From assembly GCA_038087875.1 (NCBI GenBank), contig CM075990.1, positions 11,658,001-11,722,000 on the forward strand: DNA of 64,000 bases, read 5' to 3'. A program made the translations under genes and the position numbers. This stretch comes from Malacoraja senta. Its lineage: Eukaryota. Shown here in pieces: positions 24,951-37,392 of the stretch (the stretch's first letter is position 1; each line of letters starts with the position of its first letter). The notes below the pieces were generated by a model that was not told the origin of the DNA, did no database searches, and was given only the letters and a program-made list of their open reading frames with translations.

Positions 24951-25780
24951 ACAGGGTTCCTCCAGTACAACTTTCATCTAAAGTAAAGTCTTTCGGAAGC
25001 CCTGAGGTTGCTAAAAGTTCTGTGAAACACAAGTCTGTTTTCTTGTGCTAAAAAGAAAATTGCATTCCCAGTGAATGTGCCTCATGGAATTCGGAGAAAG
25101 TCAATCCTGTTCTAGTAGTTTTGTTCCGACATCCAATGTTCATGAGGTGTTTGTCTCAGTAAACCTCAGCTACACAGAATCTGGGCATCAAAAGGCACAT
25201 ATCACATTTCAGCGCTTTACGGAGATCTTGCCCCCCTCTCGCTCACTCTCTCGCTTTTTCAGCTGCTAATTTGAAAAGTGAACCTTTCGTGTTTTGCTTT
25301 TCGCTAGCATTCAGCAAATGTTTGTGATTTCCTGGCCGTTTAAGTCGGCTGGAGGCGCGACTCAGTTTTGTCCTCCGACCCCATGAGGTCGCTTTGTGCG
25401 GTGAAGTCCCCTCTTGCGAAAGATTCTTTTGGCCTTTTGTTTCAGCAGGCATCTGGAAGAGGGACGGGGTGGGGAAAAAAAACACTCTGCGGGGGGTTTG
25501 ATTGTTCTCTGGCGCTCTTGCCAGACACTGCCTCCCGTGCCCAGACATGCTGTTAAAAGACAAAGCGTTCCTGGACCTGCCTGTTGCTGGAGGAGTGACT
25601 TACACACAGCTGACGGGACAGTATCAGGCCTTCTTCCGAGCCTGGATTGGGAGGTGGGTGGGCATTGAGAGCTAATGCCTGATAATCCGTTGAGATGCCT
25701 GGCATTTCATTTACCGCAAGGGCTTTGTTGGGTTTGCCGATGCTGGTAAACAATGAGATAGGCACAATGTGGTGGAGTAA

Positions 25781-25991
25781 AGGGCCTGTCCCACCTGGGG
25801 CGTCATTTGCACGTCACGCAGGAGGCGCGCAAAGATTTTGTGAATCCCAAAATCCTGGGACGCCGCGCGCGACCGTGCGTCACTGCCTACGTCACAACGC
25901 ACCATGCGCGCGTAATGCACGCCATGCGCGCGTCGTGCGTTGTGACGCGTAAATGATGTCGTGTAAATGACGCCCAAGTGGGACAGGCCCT
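25781..25991. mobile_element. PIF/Harbinger-type MITE, family C (CpG-rich)
   Basis: TIR AGGGCCTGTCCCAC...GGGCGTCATTT / AAATGACGCCCAAGTGGGACAGGCCCT with TAA/TTA flanks; splits ggagtaa|ctcagc. Confidence 0.85.
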
Positions 25992-26154
25992 TTACTCAGC
26001 GGGTCAGGCAGCATCAGTGGAGAACATGCTTGGGACAGCTGCAGTCTCACACCTCCACTGTAAACGCCAAAGTGGTCCCCATTCCTGCCACGTACCCAGC
26101 ACCACAATAAACTCATCCGATCACCACAAGCACTAACGTTTTAGTTGTTTTTTA

Positions 26155-26453
26155 AAATGTTCGTTTTATAGATACAGAGCAGAAACTGGCCCTTCGGCCC
26201 ACAGAGTCCACCCCGAACTGCGATCCCAGCACATTAACACAATCCTACACACACTGGGGACAATTTACAAATGTACCAAGCCAATTAACCTACAAACCTG
26301 TATGTCTTTGGAGTGTGGGTGGAAACTGGAGCACCCGGAGAAAACCCACGCAGGTCACAGGGAGAAAGTACAAACTCCACACAGGCAGTACCCATAGTCA
26401 GGATCTCTGGTGCTGTAAGGCCTCAACTCTAGCGCTGCGCCACTGTGCCGCCC
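26155..26453 (-). mobile_element. V-SINE (HE1-like)
   Basis: Family structure on the minus strand. Confidence 0.8.
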
Positions 26454-27099
26454 ATCTGTGGGGACTCTCTGATAGAGAAAACACACTTGCCCATTTGCCT
26501 GCATTCTCCCACAAACTGCATTTTGATCTGATTACATAATTGTTTTGAAGATATTTAGACTTTAGATGTACAGTGTGGAAACAGGCCCCTGGGGCCCACC
26601 GACTATTGGAGTGACCCTGTGCCCCTTGTAAACTGATATCGCAGCAGGTTTGCTGCAAACTTACGAGTCTCACCATATCGGTTCGGAGACCAATCTCTAA
26701 AATAGTGTTGAAGATCGACACAAAATGCTGGAGCAACTCGGCGGGTCAGGCAGCATCACTGGATAATAGGTGACGTTCTGGGTCGAGACCCTCCTTCAGA
26801 CTGAACAACACTAGTGTTGTTTATCATTGCGCCATCGTGGATCATACAGAACATAAACAGACCCTTTGGCTCTACTCCAGGGGCACTGATTGTGGATGAT
26901 CAGCCATGATCACATTGAATGGCGGTGCTGGCTCGAATGGCCGAATGGCCTACACCTGCACCTATTGTTTATTGTTTATTGTCTAACTTGTCCATGCCAA
27001 TCAAGATGCTCCATCTAAGCTAGCCCCATTTGCCCGCTTTTGCCCCATTTCCCTCTAAACGTTCCCTACCATGTACCATCCAAGTGCCTTATAAATCCT

Positions 27100-29555
27100 C
27101 ATACAGAGCAATTGCTCTTTTAAATATCGATCAGAAAATATGAACTAAAATCCTAGCACACAGATTAAGTACAGTGATAAATAAATTAATACACCCTGAC
27201 CAAACAGGTTTTTATCCCGAAACGGTATTCATCTTATAATTTGAGACGATTATTTAATATAATATACTCAAAGAGAATCACTAATGTAGAGCTAGCAATA
27301 ATCTCGCTAGATGCTGAGAAAGCATTTGATCGGGTTGAATGGCCCTATTTATTTTCAGTGATGGAAAAATTGCAATTGGGTGAGAAGTTCTGTACATGGA
27401 TAAAACTTTTATATACTAACCCAACAGCTAGAATATTAACAAATCAAATGTTATCAACTAAATTTAATTTATCTAGAGGCTGTAGACAAGGATGCCTGCT
27501 ATCTCCGTTATTATTTGCACTTGCTATTGAGCCACTGGCTGAAAGAGTTAGGACCCATCCGGAAATATACGGGTATAATACTAAAGACACAGTGAATACA
27601 ATTTCTTTATACGCAGACGATGTATTAATTTACATTACAAAACCAGAAATTAGTATTCCTAATTTATTAAATTTAATAACTCAATTTGGTTTGCTTTCTG
27701 GATACAGAATTAATTGGAATAAAATTGAAATTATGCCAATAACGGAACATAATCTACACATAATACAACAATTTCCGTTTTAAAATAGTTAATGAAAAAT
27801 TTAAATATCTAGGAATTTATGTCACTAAGACATATGCATCATTATTTAAATTAAATTTCACCCCTTTACTGAATAAACTACATAAGAATATTCAGTATTG
27901 GAAAACACTTCCTATTTCAATGTTTGGTAAAATGAATGCCATAAAAATGATTTTTTAACCGCAAATATTATACCTCTTTCAATCAATCCCGATATATCTG
28001 CCAAAAAACTTCTTTAAAAAGTTGGATTCCATCATCACTGATTTTATCTGGGATTATAAGAATCATAGGATAAGCAAAAAACATTTGTGCAAATCAAAGA
28101 TAAATGGAGGTTTAGCTTTACCGAATTTTATGTTTTATTTTTGGGCAGTTAATATTAAAAATATGAATTTTTGGCTGGAAGAAATGGATCAGCAACCAGA
28201 TTGGTTAAAGATGGTAAAGGAAGATTGTTTACCCTTTGAAATTGGTTCGATACTGTTTGCTACCTCAAAATTGAATTACAAAATTTACAGGGAAAATCCT
28301 ATAATATACAGTGTATGCGAATTTGGAAACAATTAAAAAAGAGCTTAAAATTGGATAATTTACCACTCTTTCTTCCCATCGTGAATAACCCTTCATTTAA
28401 ACCTTCTAGGTTGGATAAAGGTTTCATACAATGGAAAAATTATGGAATTAAAAAGATGGGACAACTTTATAAGAAAGGCACCTTTCTTTCATTTCTGGAG
28501 CTACAACAGACTTATGGACTCCACTCAAATGATTTTTTCAGATATCTACAACTTAGAGATTATGTTAAATCAAACACTCAAAACTTTAGAACTAGAGATC
28601 CAGAAATCCTGATGACTGTTTGAATAAACGTCCTAATACAGAAAAATTAATATCTCATATATATAACACCCTATTAGATAGTGAGATACCACCGACGGAT
28701 TTATATAGGCAAACATGGGAAAATGAACTAAGCCAAGCAATAACGAAAGATACTTGGGATGAAAGTTTACAACATAATACATCAATGTTCATTAAATGCA
28801 GACACTCTCTAATACAATTTAAAGTACTACATAGATTACATTATTCTAAAACAAAACTAAACAGAATCTTCCCACATATCTCCCCTATCTGTGATAAATG
28901 TCAACATTTAGATGCTAACCTAACTCATACATTCGCGAATTGTATAAAAATCAAAAAATTTTGGGCAGACATTTTTAGAATAATATCTGTAGTTGCAACA
29001 CTCAATTTAATCCTGATTAAAATTAATAATACTAGGATATTAGAACAAAGTCTAACACACCCAAAGAAACTTTATCGACTACAGTATAATAACTGGAAAA
29101 AAATTAATATAACATTTGGAAAGGTCCTATTAACCCCACAATTAAAATGTAGATTATGGAAATGTCAGAGACCCTACATTTGGAAAGAATTAGACTTGTG
29201 TTAATGGACAAACAAGAACTTTTTATCAGAACATGGTCTCCATTTATTGACTATTTGAAGGGACAGACTGTTCGGCACGAGAACCTGACTGAAACTCGAA
29301 TTAAGGATTAGATGAAAAGTTATATTTTAAAATGTACGAATATATCTCCAACGTGTGTACTTTTAGTAATTTATTCCATTCTTTATCATCCCTTTTTTTT
29401 CTCTTTCTGTTATTCTCTTATTTTCTACCTATATAAAAAAAATACTAGAGGCAGAGTGAATCAATGATAATATTAGTAATGTAGGAATGAAATGTTTTCA
29501 ATATGATATGTACCTGCCTCTAATAAAAATAATATTTAAATAAATAAATAAATAA
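27100..29555 (+). mobile_element. 5'-truncated L1-clade LINE; frameshifted ORF2 (RT to Cys-rich C-terminus), 3' UTR, (TAAA)n tail
   Basis: ORF pieces SLDAEKAFDRVEW, RGCRQGCLLSPLLFALAIEPLA, SLYADDVL, GGLALPNF and CDKC...LTHTFANC; AATAAA and A-rich tail; probable TSD ATAAATCCT / ATACATCCT (27091-27099, 29556-29564). Confidence 0.93.
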
Positions 29556-29572
29556 ATACATCCTGTTAATCT

Positions 29573-29850
29573 TGGGCGACGCAGCGGTAGCTTCTCTGCC
29601 TTATAGCGCTTGCAGTGCTAGGAACCCGTGTCAATCCTGGTGCTGTCTGTACGGAGTTAGTACGTTCTCCCCGTGACCACATGGGTTTTCTCTGAGATCT
29701 TCAGTTTCCTCCCACACTCCAAAGACTGACAGGTTTGTTGGTAAATTGGCTTGGTATAAATGTAAATTGTCCCTAGTGTGCGGGGATCGCTGGTCGGCGC
29801 GGACTCGGTGGGCCGAAGGGCCTGTTTCCTGTATCTCTGAACTAAGTAAA
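29573..29850 (+). mobile_element. V-SINE (HE1-like)
   Basis: Family structure. Confidence 0.8.
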
Positions 29851-30294
29851 AAAAGTACCTGCCTCAACTACCTCCTGCTTTTGTTTTCTTAACTCGCTTT
29901 GTGACTTAAGATGCAACTTTTCCTGGAAGATGGAATAAAAGAGCTTTTATGTTTTGTGCATAACTTCATTCACCTTTGTGAGAGCGAGAAAGTTCTGCTA
30001 TGTTCCCCCACAGCAGTACATTCCAAGGGACTCGTAGAGTATAAGCAATTTTGCAGCAGAAAAGAACCTATTCATACCGTCGTATTCCATTGCTCAGTGT
30101 AGCCTTTCAGACTCATCCAACTTTCAAGCTCTCTATGACCCTGTAGATATTTTATTTATTTCTAAAACAACTTTACATTAGAACATCAAAGCTCATCGAG
30201 CAGGCTTTCAATGTACAAAGAGTTTTTGTCTCATGCCTTTTTGAGATGGCAAATTCTAGACTTTGCATTTTTGGGCAAATGTAAAATTCCCTAA

Positions 30295-30455
30295 AGGGCC
30301 TGTCCCACTTGGGCTCCATTTGCGCGTCATTTACGCATCACGCATGGTGGGAGCATTACACGCGCATAGTACGTGGTGATGTAGGCAGTGACGCGCAGTT
30401 GCGCGCGCGCCAAGGATTTTGGGATGTACAATGGCGCCCAAGTGGGAGAGGCCCT
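30295..30455. mobile_element. PIF/Harbinger-type MITE, family C (short)
   Basis: TIR AGGGCCTGTCCCACTTGGGC / GCCCAAGTGGGAGAGGCCCT with TAA TSD. Confidence 0.82.
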
Positions 30456-31123
30456 TAACTACCCGCCTGCCAAGATTATCACAACTCTATGCATCTGGCT
30501 CATCAAATTAATCCCCCAAAATTATTATTGTGTTAAATTACAGGCCTGGTCTAATGATCATCGCAACACAAAGTCAAATCACACCCCTAGGAACTGGGGA
30601 GTTTAATAGTTAATGAAATAAAGTTGAAATTTAAAAAGCTACTATTGCTAATAGTGACAATGAAACCACCAGATTGCAGTGAACAAATGACCAGTTTCAC
30701 ATAGGCCAGGAAATCTGCATTAATAGCCTGGCCTACTGGTGACTCCACACCCATCAACAGCCAGCCCTCTGAAGCAGCTGAGCCATTTTAAGCAGGGAAT
30801 TTAATGCTGGGCAATAAACTAATGCCAGAAATAATTGAAACGGTGCTGGGGCTTGTTTGTATTTCAAAGGGTCAGTAAAGTTAAATGAGACTGTAAGAAG
30901 GACTTCATTGATGTCCGACCAACCCTTCATGGATATACTAAAGGTTTGGCGCAAGTTTTGAGTAGTTAGTCTCTTGAAATAAATTTTAGGGAGAGCTGGT
31001 ATAAGTGCTCATGAACACTGAAACTTCCAGAAACACTGACAGTAGGTGTTTTGCTATATTGTAATGCAGGCTACTTGAGACAATCCTGTCCCAAAACGTC
31101 ACCTATCCATGTTCTCCAGGGAT

Positions 31124-31625
31124 TAGGGTTGTCAACTTTCTCACTCTCAAATAAGGGACAAAAGGTCAAAATAAGGGACAAATTCCCGACAGCAACTCGT
31201 TGACCGACTTGCCATGGCTGGGTGAATGATGAGTTGGCCCGGGGTGCTGGACTGTACACAAAGCCCAGCCGGCGGGCCAGCTGAGGAGTTTTTGCCCGGG
31301 CGCCGGACGTCGCAAGCAAACTCCGGCACCCCCTCAACTCATGAACCGATGATCGACCATGAGAAGGGGGTGGTGTGGTGTCGGCGGTAAGTGAAGGTCC
31401 GAAGGTCGGACAGCTGGCCAGGCTGCCGACCGACGGGGCCACGGGCGAGGCTCTGCTGCATGTTAGCACAGGTGAGGCGGGGCCGGACGCAGTGCTCCGA
31501 CCCGACAGTCCCCTCGACCCGAGTAGTAGCAGTCAAATACGGGACAAGGGCAGTCCCGTACGGGACAAACCAATTTAGCCAATATACGGGATGTCCCGGC
31601 TAATATGGGACAGTTGGCAACCCTA
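31124..31625. mobile_element. hAT-type non-autonomous element inside a Penelope repeat
   Basis: TIR TAGGGTTGTCAAC / GTTGGCAACCCTA, 8-bp TSD CCAGGGAT/CCAGAGAT, subterminal GGGACA repeats. Confidence 0.88.
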
Positions 31626-32596
31626 CCAGAGATGCTGCCTGGCCTGCTGATTTACTCCAGCACTTTGTGTCTTTTTTTTGTGTAAACCAGCATCTGTAGT
31701 TCCTTGTTTCTACACTTGTAAACAATTATGACCCAAAACATCACTTATCCATGTTCTCCAGAAATGTTGCCTGACTCGTTGTGTTACTCCAGCACTTTGC
31801 ACGTTCTTTGTTTGTAAACCAGCATCTGCAGTTCCTTGAGTCTACAGTTCACTTGCATTGGAGGAAGGCACCGACTTGCAGTTGTTGACACCCTGTTGAA
31901 GGAAGGGAACATTTTGCAGCCGTCACCCAAAGTGAAAAATCAATATGCCTTGGAGCTTTCCCACTTAGTACACAGAACCGGAGTAATGACTGAGATTTGA
32001 ATCCAATACAGTATCTAACTCTCTCTCGAAACATTCAGTAAATTGGCCTCCACTGCCTACTGTTGCAGAGAATTCCACAGATTCACAACTCTTTGGGTGA
32101 AAATGGTTTTCCTCATCTCAGTCTTAAATGCCTACCGCTTATTCTTAAACTGCGACCCCTGGTTCTGGACCCCCCCCACATCGAGAACATTTTTCCTGCA
32201 GTTCTGCTCAAGATTCTAGCATCTGCAGTCTCTTGTGTCTCGATCTTGCACTGTGTACCAGCCTTTTAGAGTCATAGATACATATCACAGAAACAGGCCC
32301 ACTGAGACCGCACGCCATCAATTACATTAAACCTTCATGAACCGCATTCTAATTGTCCCCTCCTTCCCCTCAGATCTCCTCAGATTCCTTCCCCGTCTAC
32401 ACATTAATGGCGATTTACGATGGTTGTCACGTCCAGAGGATGTGGGAGGAAACTGATGCACCGAGGAAGCTCACACGATCACTGTGAGAACGTGCAAACT
32501 CCGCACGGACAGCACCGGAGTTCAGGTTGAACCAAGGTCACTGCAGCTGTGAGGCAGCAGCTCTACTAGTTGTGCAATCTTGTAACCTTATCTCAA

Positions 32597-32890
32597 TGGC
32601 ACAGTGGTGCAGCGGTAGAGTTGCTGCCTTACAGCACCAGAGACCTGGGTTCAATCCTGACCATGGGTGCTGCCTGCCTGTACGGAGTTTGTACGTTCTC
32701 CCTGTGACCAGGTGGGTTTTCACCAGGTGCTTCAGTTTCCACCCGCACTCCAAAGACATTGAGGTTTGAAGGTTAATTGGCTTCTGTAAATTGTAAATTG
32801 CCCCTAGCGTGTAGGATGGCACTAGTGGTCAGGTTGATCGCTGGATGGCGCAGACTCGGTGGGCCGAAGAGCCTTCCTCGCTGTGTCTTT
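32597..32890 (+). mobile_element. V-SINE (HE1-like), head-to-head with a diverged copy at ~32280-32575 (-)
   Basis: Family structure. Confidence 0.8.
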
Positions 32891-33442
32891 AAAGTCTCCA
32901 GTCCATAGTCTGTGCTTGGGATGATCCTGGGTTGGCACCATTCCTCAGTCTGCCCACCTGCATCTGGCACAGTTCAAACCGGGGACACTTGGTTAGGAGC
33001 GGACAGCATGGTCTCTGATTCACTGATGGTCACCTTCCCCACATGGTTTGGTGCAGATGGCGTTAACATGGCATTTCTTACCGCCACCCTACACCTACAC
33101 TTGTCGGCTGTGCACCCCCACCAACCTTTCAACAAAAGCATCGGGAAGAAGCCAATGAATCTGAAGAACGTGGGAACGAGTATTCAAAGCGCTCAGTGGT
33201 GTATTAGCTGCATAATCTTGATGGCCATTAACATAAGTGCTCCCTGAAGGCACAAGAATTGGTTTGTCAACATCATCACTACAGCAGTTTCGCTAATGCG
33301 GAATAGATTCAGATAGCTCTCAAAGTTTAACAGATGGCAATGGGCTGTCAGGGAGGTTCCCACGTGCTCTGAGGCTTTAATATAAATCAGCCTGGTGTTC
33401 CACACTTCTGGAAGCAAAGCATTGTTTCTGCGAGGGACTTGA

Positions 33443-33758
33443 AGGGGCTGTCCCACTGTAAGAGCAAATTCAAGAGTTCTCCCGAGTTTCCCCTGATTCG
33501 AACTCGGAGAATTACAGTAATAGCCGCTCGCAGGTACTCGGGGCTCTCGTGGACATTTTTCAACATGTTGAAAAATCTTCACGTCTTCCCGATCTTACTG
33601 TGTTTCCCGAGTACCTGCCGTTAGCGTTATGAGCCGCTAAGAGACGTCCCCAAGCTCCGACGTACCCGCTACGTACATTCTACGTGCTTATCACGAGTTT
33701 GATTTTTTATTAAACTCGGGAGAGCTCTTGAATTAGAAAGTACAGTGGGACAGGCCCT
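33443..33758. mobile_element. PIF/Harbinger-type MITE, family B
   Basis: Near-identical to 22164-22480; TGA/TTA flanks. Confidence 0.88.
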
Positions 33759-34080
33759 TTAGATGTTAAACTGCTTTCCAGTCGGGATACTGAAGAAGGG
33801 TCTCAACCCAAAACGTCACCTATTCCACCTCTCCAAAGATACTGGCTGTCCCGCTGAGTTACTCCAGCTTTTTGTGTCTATCTTCAGTTTAAACCAGCGC
33901 CTGCAGTTCCTTCCCGTACAATAGGACCATTGGGCAAGTTGAAGATGGTCACTTCTCAGATCCCAACTCTGGTCAGATGAGACAGGGATGCTTTTCACTC
34001 CACCCTAGAATAAGTGCCAGCTGTTTCTCAGTTGATATCCCTCCTGCTCATGAGCAGCAGTTGTGAGATAATCCGACTTA

Positions 34081-34308
34081 AGGGCCTGTCCCACTTTCAC
34101 GACCTAATTCACGACCTTTTTTTACTCGTGGACATATTTCATCGGGCTAGAAAAACGCCCCGATCTACTTGATGCCACGAGTACCTACGACTAGCGTCAC
34201 GGCCTGCTACGACCTACCTACGACCTCGTGATGACCATGCTGCGAGTATAAGTCAAGGGCAAACTCGGCAGAGGTCACGAATTAGGTCGTGAAAGTGGGA
34301 CTGGCCCT
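34081..34308. mobile_element. PIF/Harbinger-type MITE, family A
   Basis: Near-identical to 10772-10987; long TIR ...CCCACTTTCACGACCTAATTC; TTA TSD. Confidence 0.88.
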
Positions 34309-34987
34309 TTAAGAGGCTGGAGCATAAGCACTTTGGCTAATTTCAGTTTAGTTTAGTTTAGAGTGTGGAAACAGGTCCTTCAGCCCACCGAGTCCACACA
34401 AACTCAGCGGGTCTGGCAGCATCGCTGGATAGAAGGATTAGGTGACGTTTCAGGTCGAGACCCTTCTTCAGACTCAACATGGAATAGACCCTAAACATGG
34501 TCTGTCTGTCCAATTCCCTTCACAGATGCTGCCTGACCCACAGAGTTCCTCCGGCACTCTGTTTGCCATGCTGTCAGTCACGTCGCAGTTAAGTAGCACA
34601 AATACAGGAAGTAATAATATTATTAAATTCCATAAATCTGCTGACTTCATAACTGGATGTGAGCTTTGCCAAGACAAGGCCCCCTATCTGTGCTGAGTGA
34701 GGAAACTATAACTTAATGAATAAAACAAAGGACAGCTTATTTTGTTTGTGAACAGGAGCCTATTGTTCTTGCGGTTGAAGATAAATAGCAGCCGTCTTTT
34801 GAAGGCTGAGGAGTGGTCAGATGATGTGAGGATGGATGGTTGCATTCCTCAGATTGCTGCATTCCTCAGATTGCTGCATTCCCAGAAGACTCCAAGCTGC
34901 GTGGCATGGCTCCGTTTGATCAGCAGGAGGTTCAAACACAGAAATCAATGAAATGTTGAGATTCTCTATCTCTTTCCATCGTTTTTC

Positions 34988-35292
34988 TTTAGTTTAGTTT
35001 GGAGATACAGTGCAGAAACAGGCCCTTCGGCCCACCGAGCCCGCGCCGACTAGCGATCACCCCATACACTGGCAATGTCCTACACGCACTGGGGTCAATT
35101 TACAATTTTTACCAAAGCCAATTATCCTGCAAACCTGTACGTCTTTGTGGGAGGAAACCGGAGCAGCTGGGGAAAATCCACACGGTATCGTGGAGTGCAT
35201 GCAAACACCGTACTGACAGCACCTGTAGTCAGGATCGAACCTGGGTCTCTGACGCTGTAGGGCAGCAACTCTACCGCTGCGCCACCATGCCA
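34988..35292 (-). mobile_element. V-SINE (HE1-like)
   Basis: Family structure on the minus strand. Confidence 0.85.
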
Positions 35293-36169
35293 CCCCACAC
35301 TTACTCTTACCTTTTCTCTGGATGTGTTTTCTTTTTTTAAATTTTATTTTTTAAAATATTTTATTTATTAGAAGTAGTGTACATTGCAGTTATATCAGCC
35401 AAAAATAACATAATACATTTCCTGTACCACTTCATATTTTAAACTTTGAAAAGAAGAAAAATAGAAAGAGTTAGATAAGATAGTGAGTGCATGAAAGAGT
35501 GGTCAGAAGAAACCTGCAGGAACTTAAACCGCAAGAAAGAGTTAAAAAGAAAACCAAAGAAAAAGAAAGAGAAAAATTGAGAACAGAAGATATGGGTGTG
35601 TTTTCTAAACTCTGTTTAAATGCATTTCCACTGAAGCTAAATCAGGCCTACCAGTTGGTGCAGGATCTCAGCGGGTCATTTCCCTGACCAGGGAGACACT
35701 GAGTCTCACAAGTGTGAGATCTAGATGAATCTTGGATGAGTTTGCTGACCTAAGAAAAGAAAGATGATGTGGTCTCTCAGTGAGTCAGTCGATTTACTCT
35801 GGAGAAACAAGGAACCGCAGATACAAAAGGACACAAAGTGCAGGAGTAACTCAGCAGGTCAGGCAGCCTCTCTGGAGAACATGGACAGGTGACGTTTCAT
35901 TCTTCAGACTCATTTGTGTTTATTCTGCCACTTGCTCAGTACGGTACTCATGTAGTATTGAGATCTCAACGTGTGCACTGTTCTGCCTGTGTGCCTTCCC
36001 TCTTGTCTATTAGTTTCAGGATTCAAGGATGCTACAAAACCTCGGAGGAGACAGGCACTGCGAATGCTATTGACTTTTCATAAGGTGTTACCAGTTACCG
36101 TGGAGACATCCACTGAATGATTGACAAAGTATCAGTGCATTTGAATGTTGGCCCTCTAGTAGTGCCAAT

Positions 36170-36408
36170 AGTGTGGCATAGTGGTAATGTTGCTGTCTTA
36201 CAGCTCCAGAGACCCGGGTTCGATCCTGCAAACGGGTGCTGTCTGTACGGAGTTTGTACGTTCTCCCCGTGACCGCGCTGGTTTTATCCGGGTGCTCCGG
36301 TTTCCTCCCACATTCCAAAGTTGCGCAGGTTTGTAAGTCAATTGTCCCTAGTCTGTAGGATATAGAACAAGTGTGAGGGTGATCGTTGGTTGGCACGGAC
36401 TCGGTGGG
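36170..36408 (+). mobile_element. V-SINE running into a gap
   Basis: Head and V-domain present; truncated by Ns. Confidence 0.8.
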
Positions 36409-36409
36409 A

Positions 36410-36609
36410 NNNNNNNNNNNNNNNNNNNNNNNNNNNNNNNNNNNNNNNNNNNNNNNNNNNNNNNNNNNNNNNNNNNNNNNNNNNNNNNNNNNNNNNNNNN
36501 NNNNNNNNNNNNNNNNNNNNNNNNNNNNNNNNNNNNNNNNNNNNNNNNNNNNNNNNNNNNNNNNNNNNNNNNNNNNNNNNNNNNNNNNNNNNNNNNNNNN
36601 NNNNNNNNN
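36410..36609. other. Assembly gap (200 N)
   Basis: Run of N. Confidence 1.
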
Positions 36610-36904
36610 CTTGAGGGGGGAAACAGGAGGGTGGCATGTGTGGATCCTTGGACTTGTCCACCAGGTTCTCTGTACCTGTACAGGTGAGAACACTGATTCC
36701 AGTGCCGATGAACAAAACTACATGAATTGGATGAGTAAACTGACCATCTGCTGTTGGTATGGGGGACTTTTAAATTGGAAGATTTGTGTATATAGGGATT
36801 GTATAGTTTTGGTGGCAGCAGATACTGGTCTCTGCACCCCATGAGTGTGTGTGGCTACTTGCCTTGTGGCGGGATTAACAGGTTGGAGAGGAAGGGGTAC
36901 GATC

Positions 36905-37392
36905 AGTTGTTGTGGGTCAGGACCATTCAGACTGAGAGTTGAGGGGAGGGAACTGGAGGTAGGAAACGGCCAGAACAAAGCAAGGCCAGCAACAGATGAC
37001 CAAGGGAGGGTGGAGCCCATAATGGTCTATTGTTGGCTGGGGAAGAGGTGATAATGAAGGGATACAGCGATGCGAACAGTGGAACTGGTAGTACGATCAG
37101 GATAAGGGGATGGTGGGGAGAGAGGAAACATAGAAACATAGAAACATAGAAATTAGGTGCAGGAGTAGGCCATTCGGCCCTTCGAGCCTGCACCGCCATT
37201 CAATATGATCATGGCTGATCATCCAACTCGGTATCCCGTACCTGCCTTCTCTCCATACCCTCTGATCCCTTTAGCCACAAGGGCCACATCTAGCTCCCTC
37301 TTAAATATAGCCAATGAACTGGCCTCGACTACCCTCTGTGGCAGAGAGTTCCAGAGTTGCAGGGGTGACTTGAAATTGGAAACATCAACGTT
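36905..37392 (-). mobile_element. Penelope-like 3' region interrupted by a young CR1 3' end (37127-37335, -)
   Basis: Reverse complement resembles 56413-56700; the CR1 piece with (ATAGAAAC)n is nearly identical to 45047-45272. Confidence 0.7.

Noticed and set aside
27241..27783. Host or retron-like reverse transcriptase gene
   Set aside because: Part of a truncated, frameshifted L1 ORF2 with poly(A) tail and TSD.
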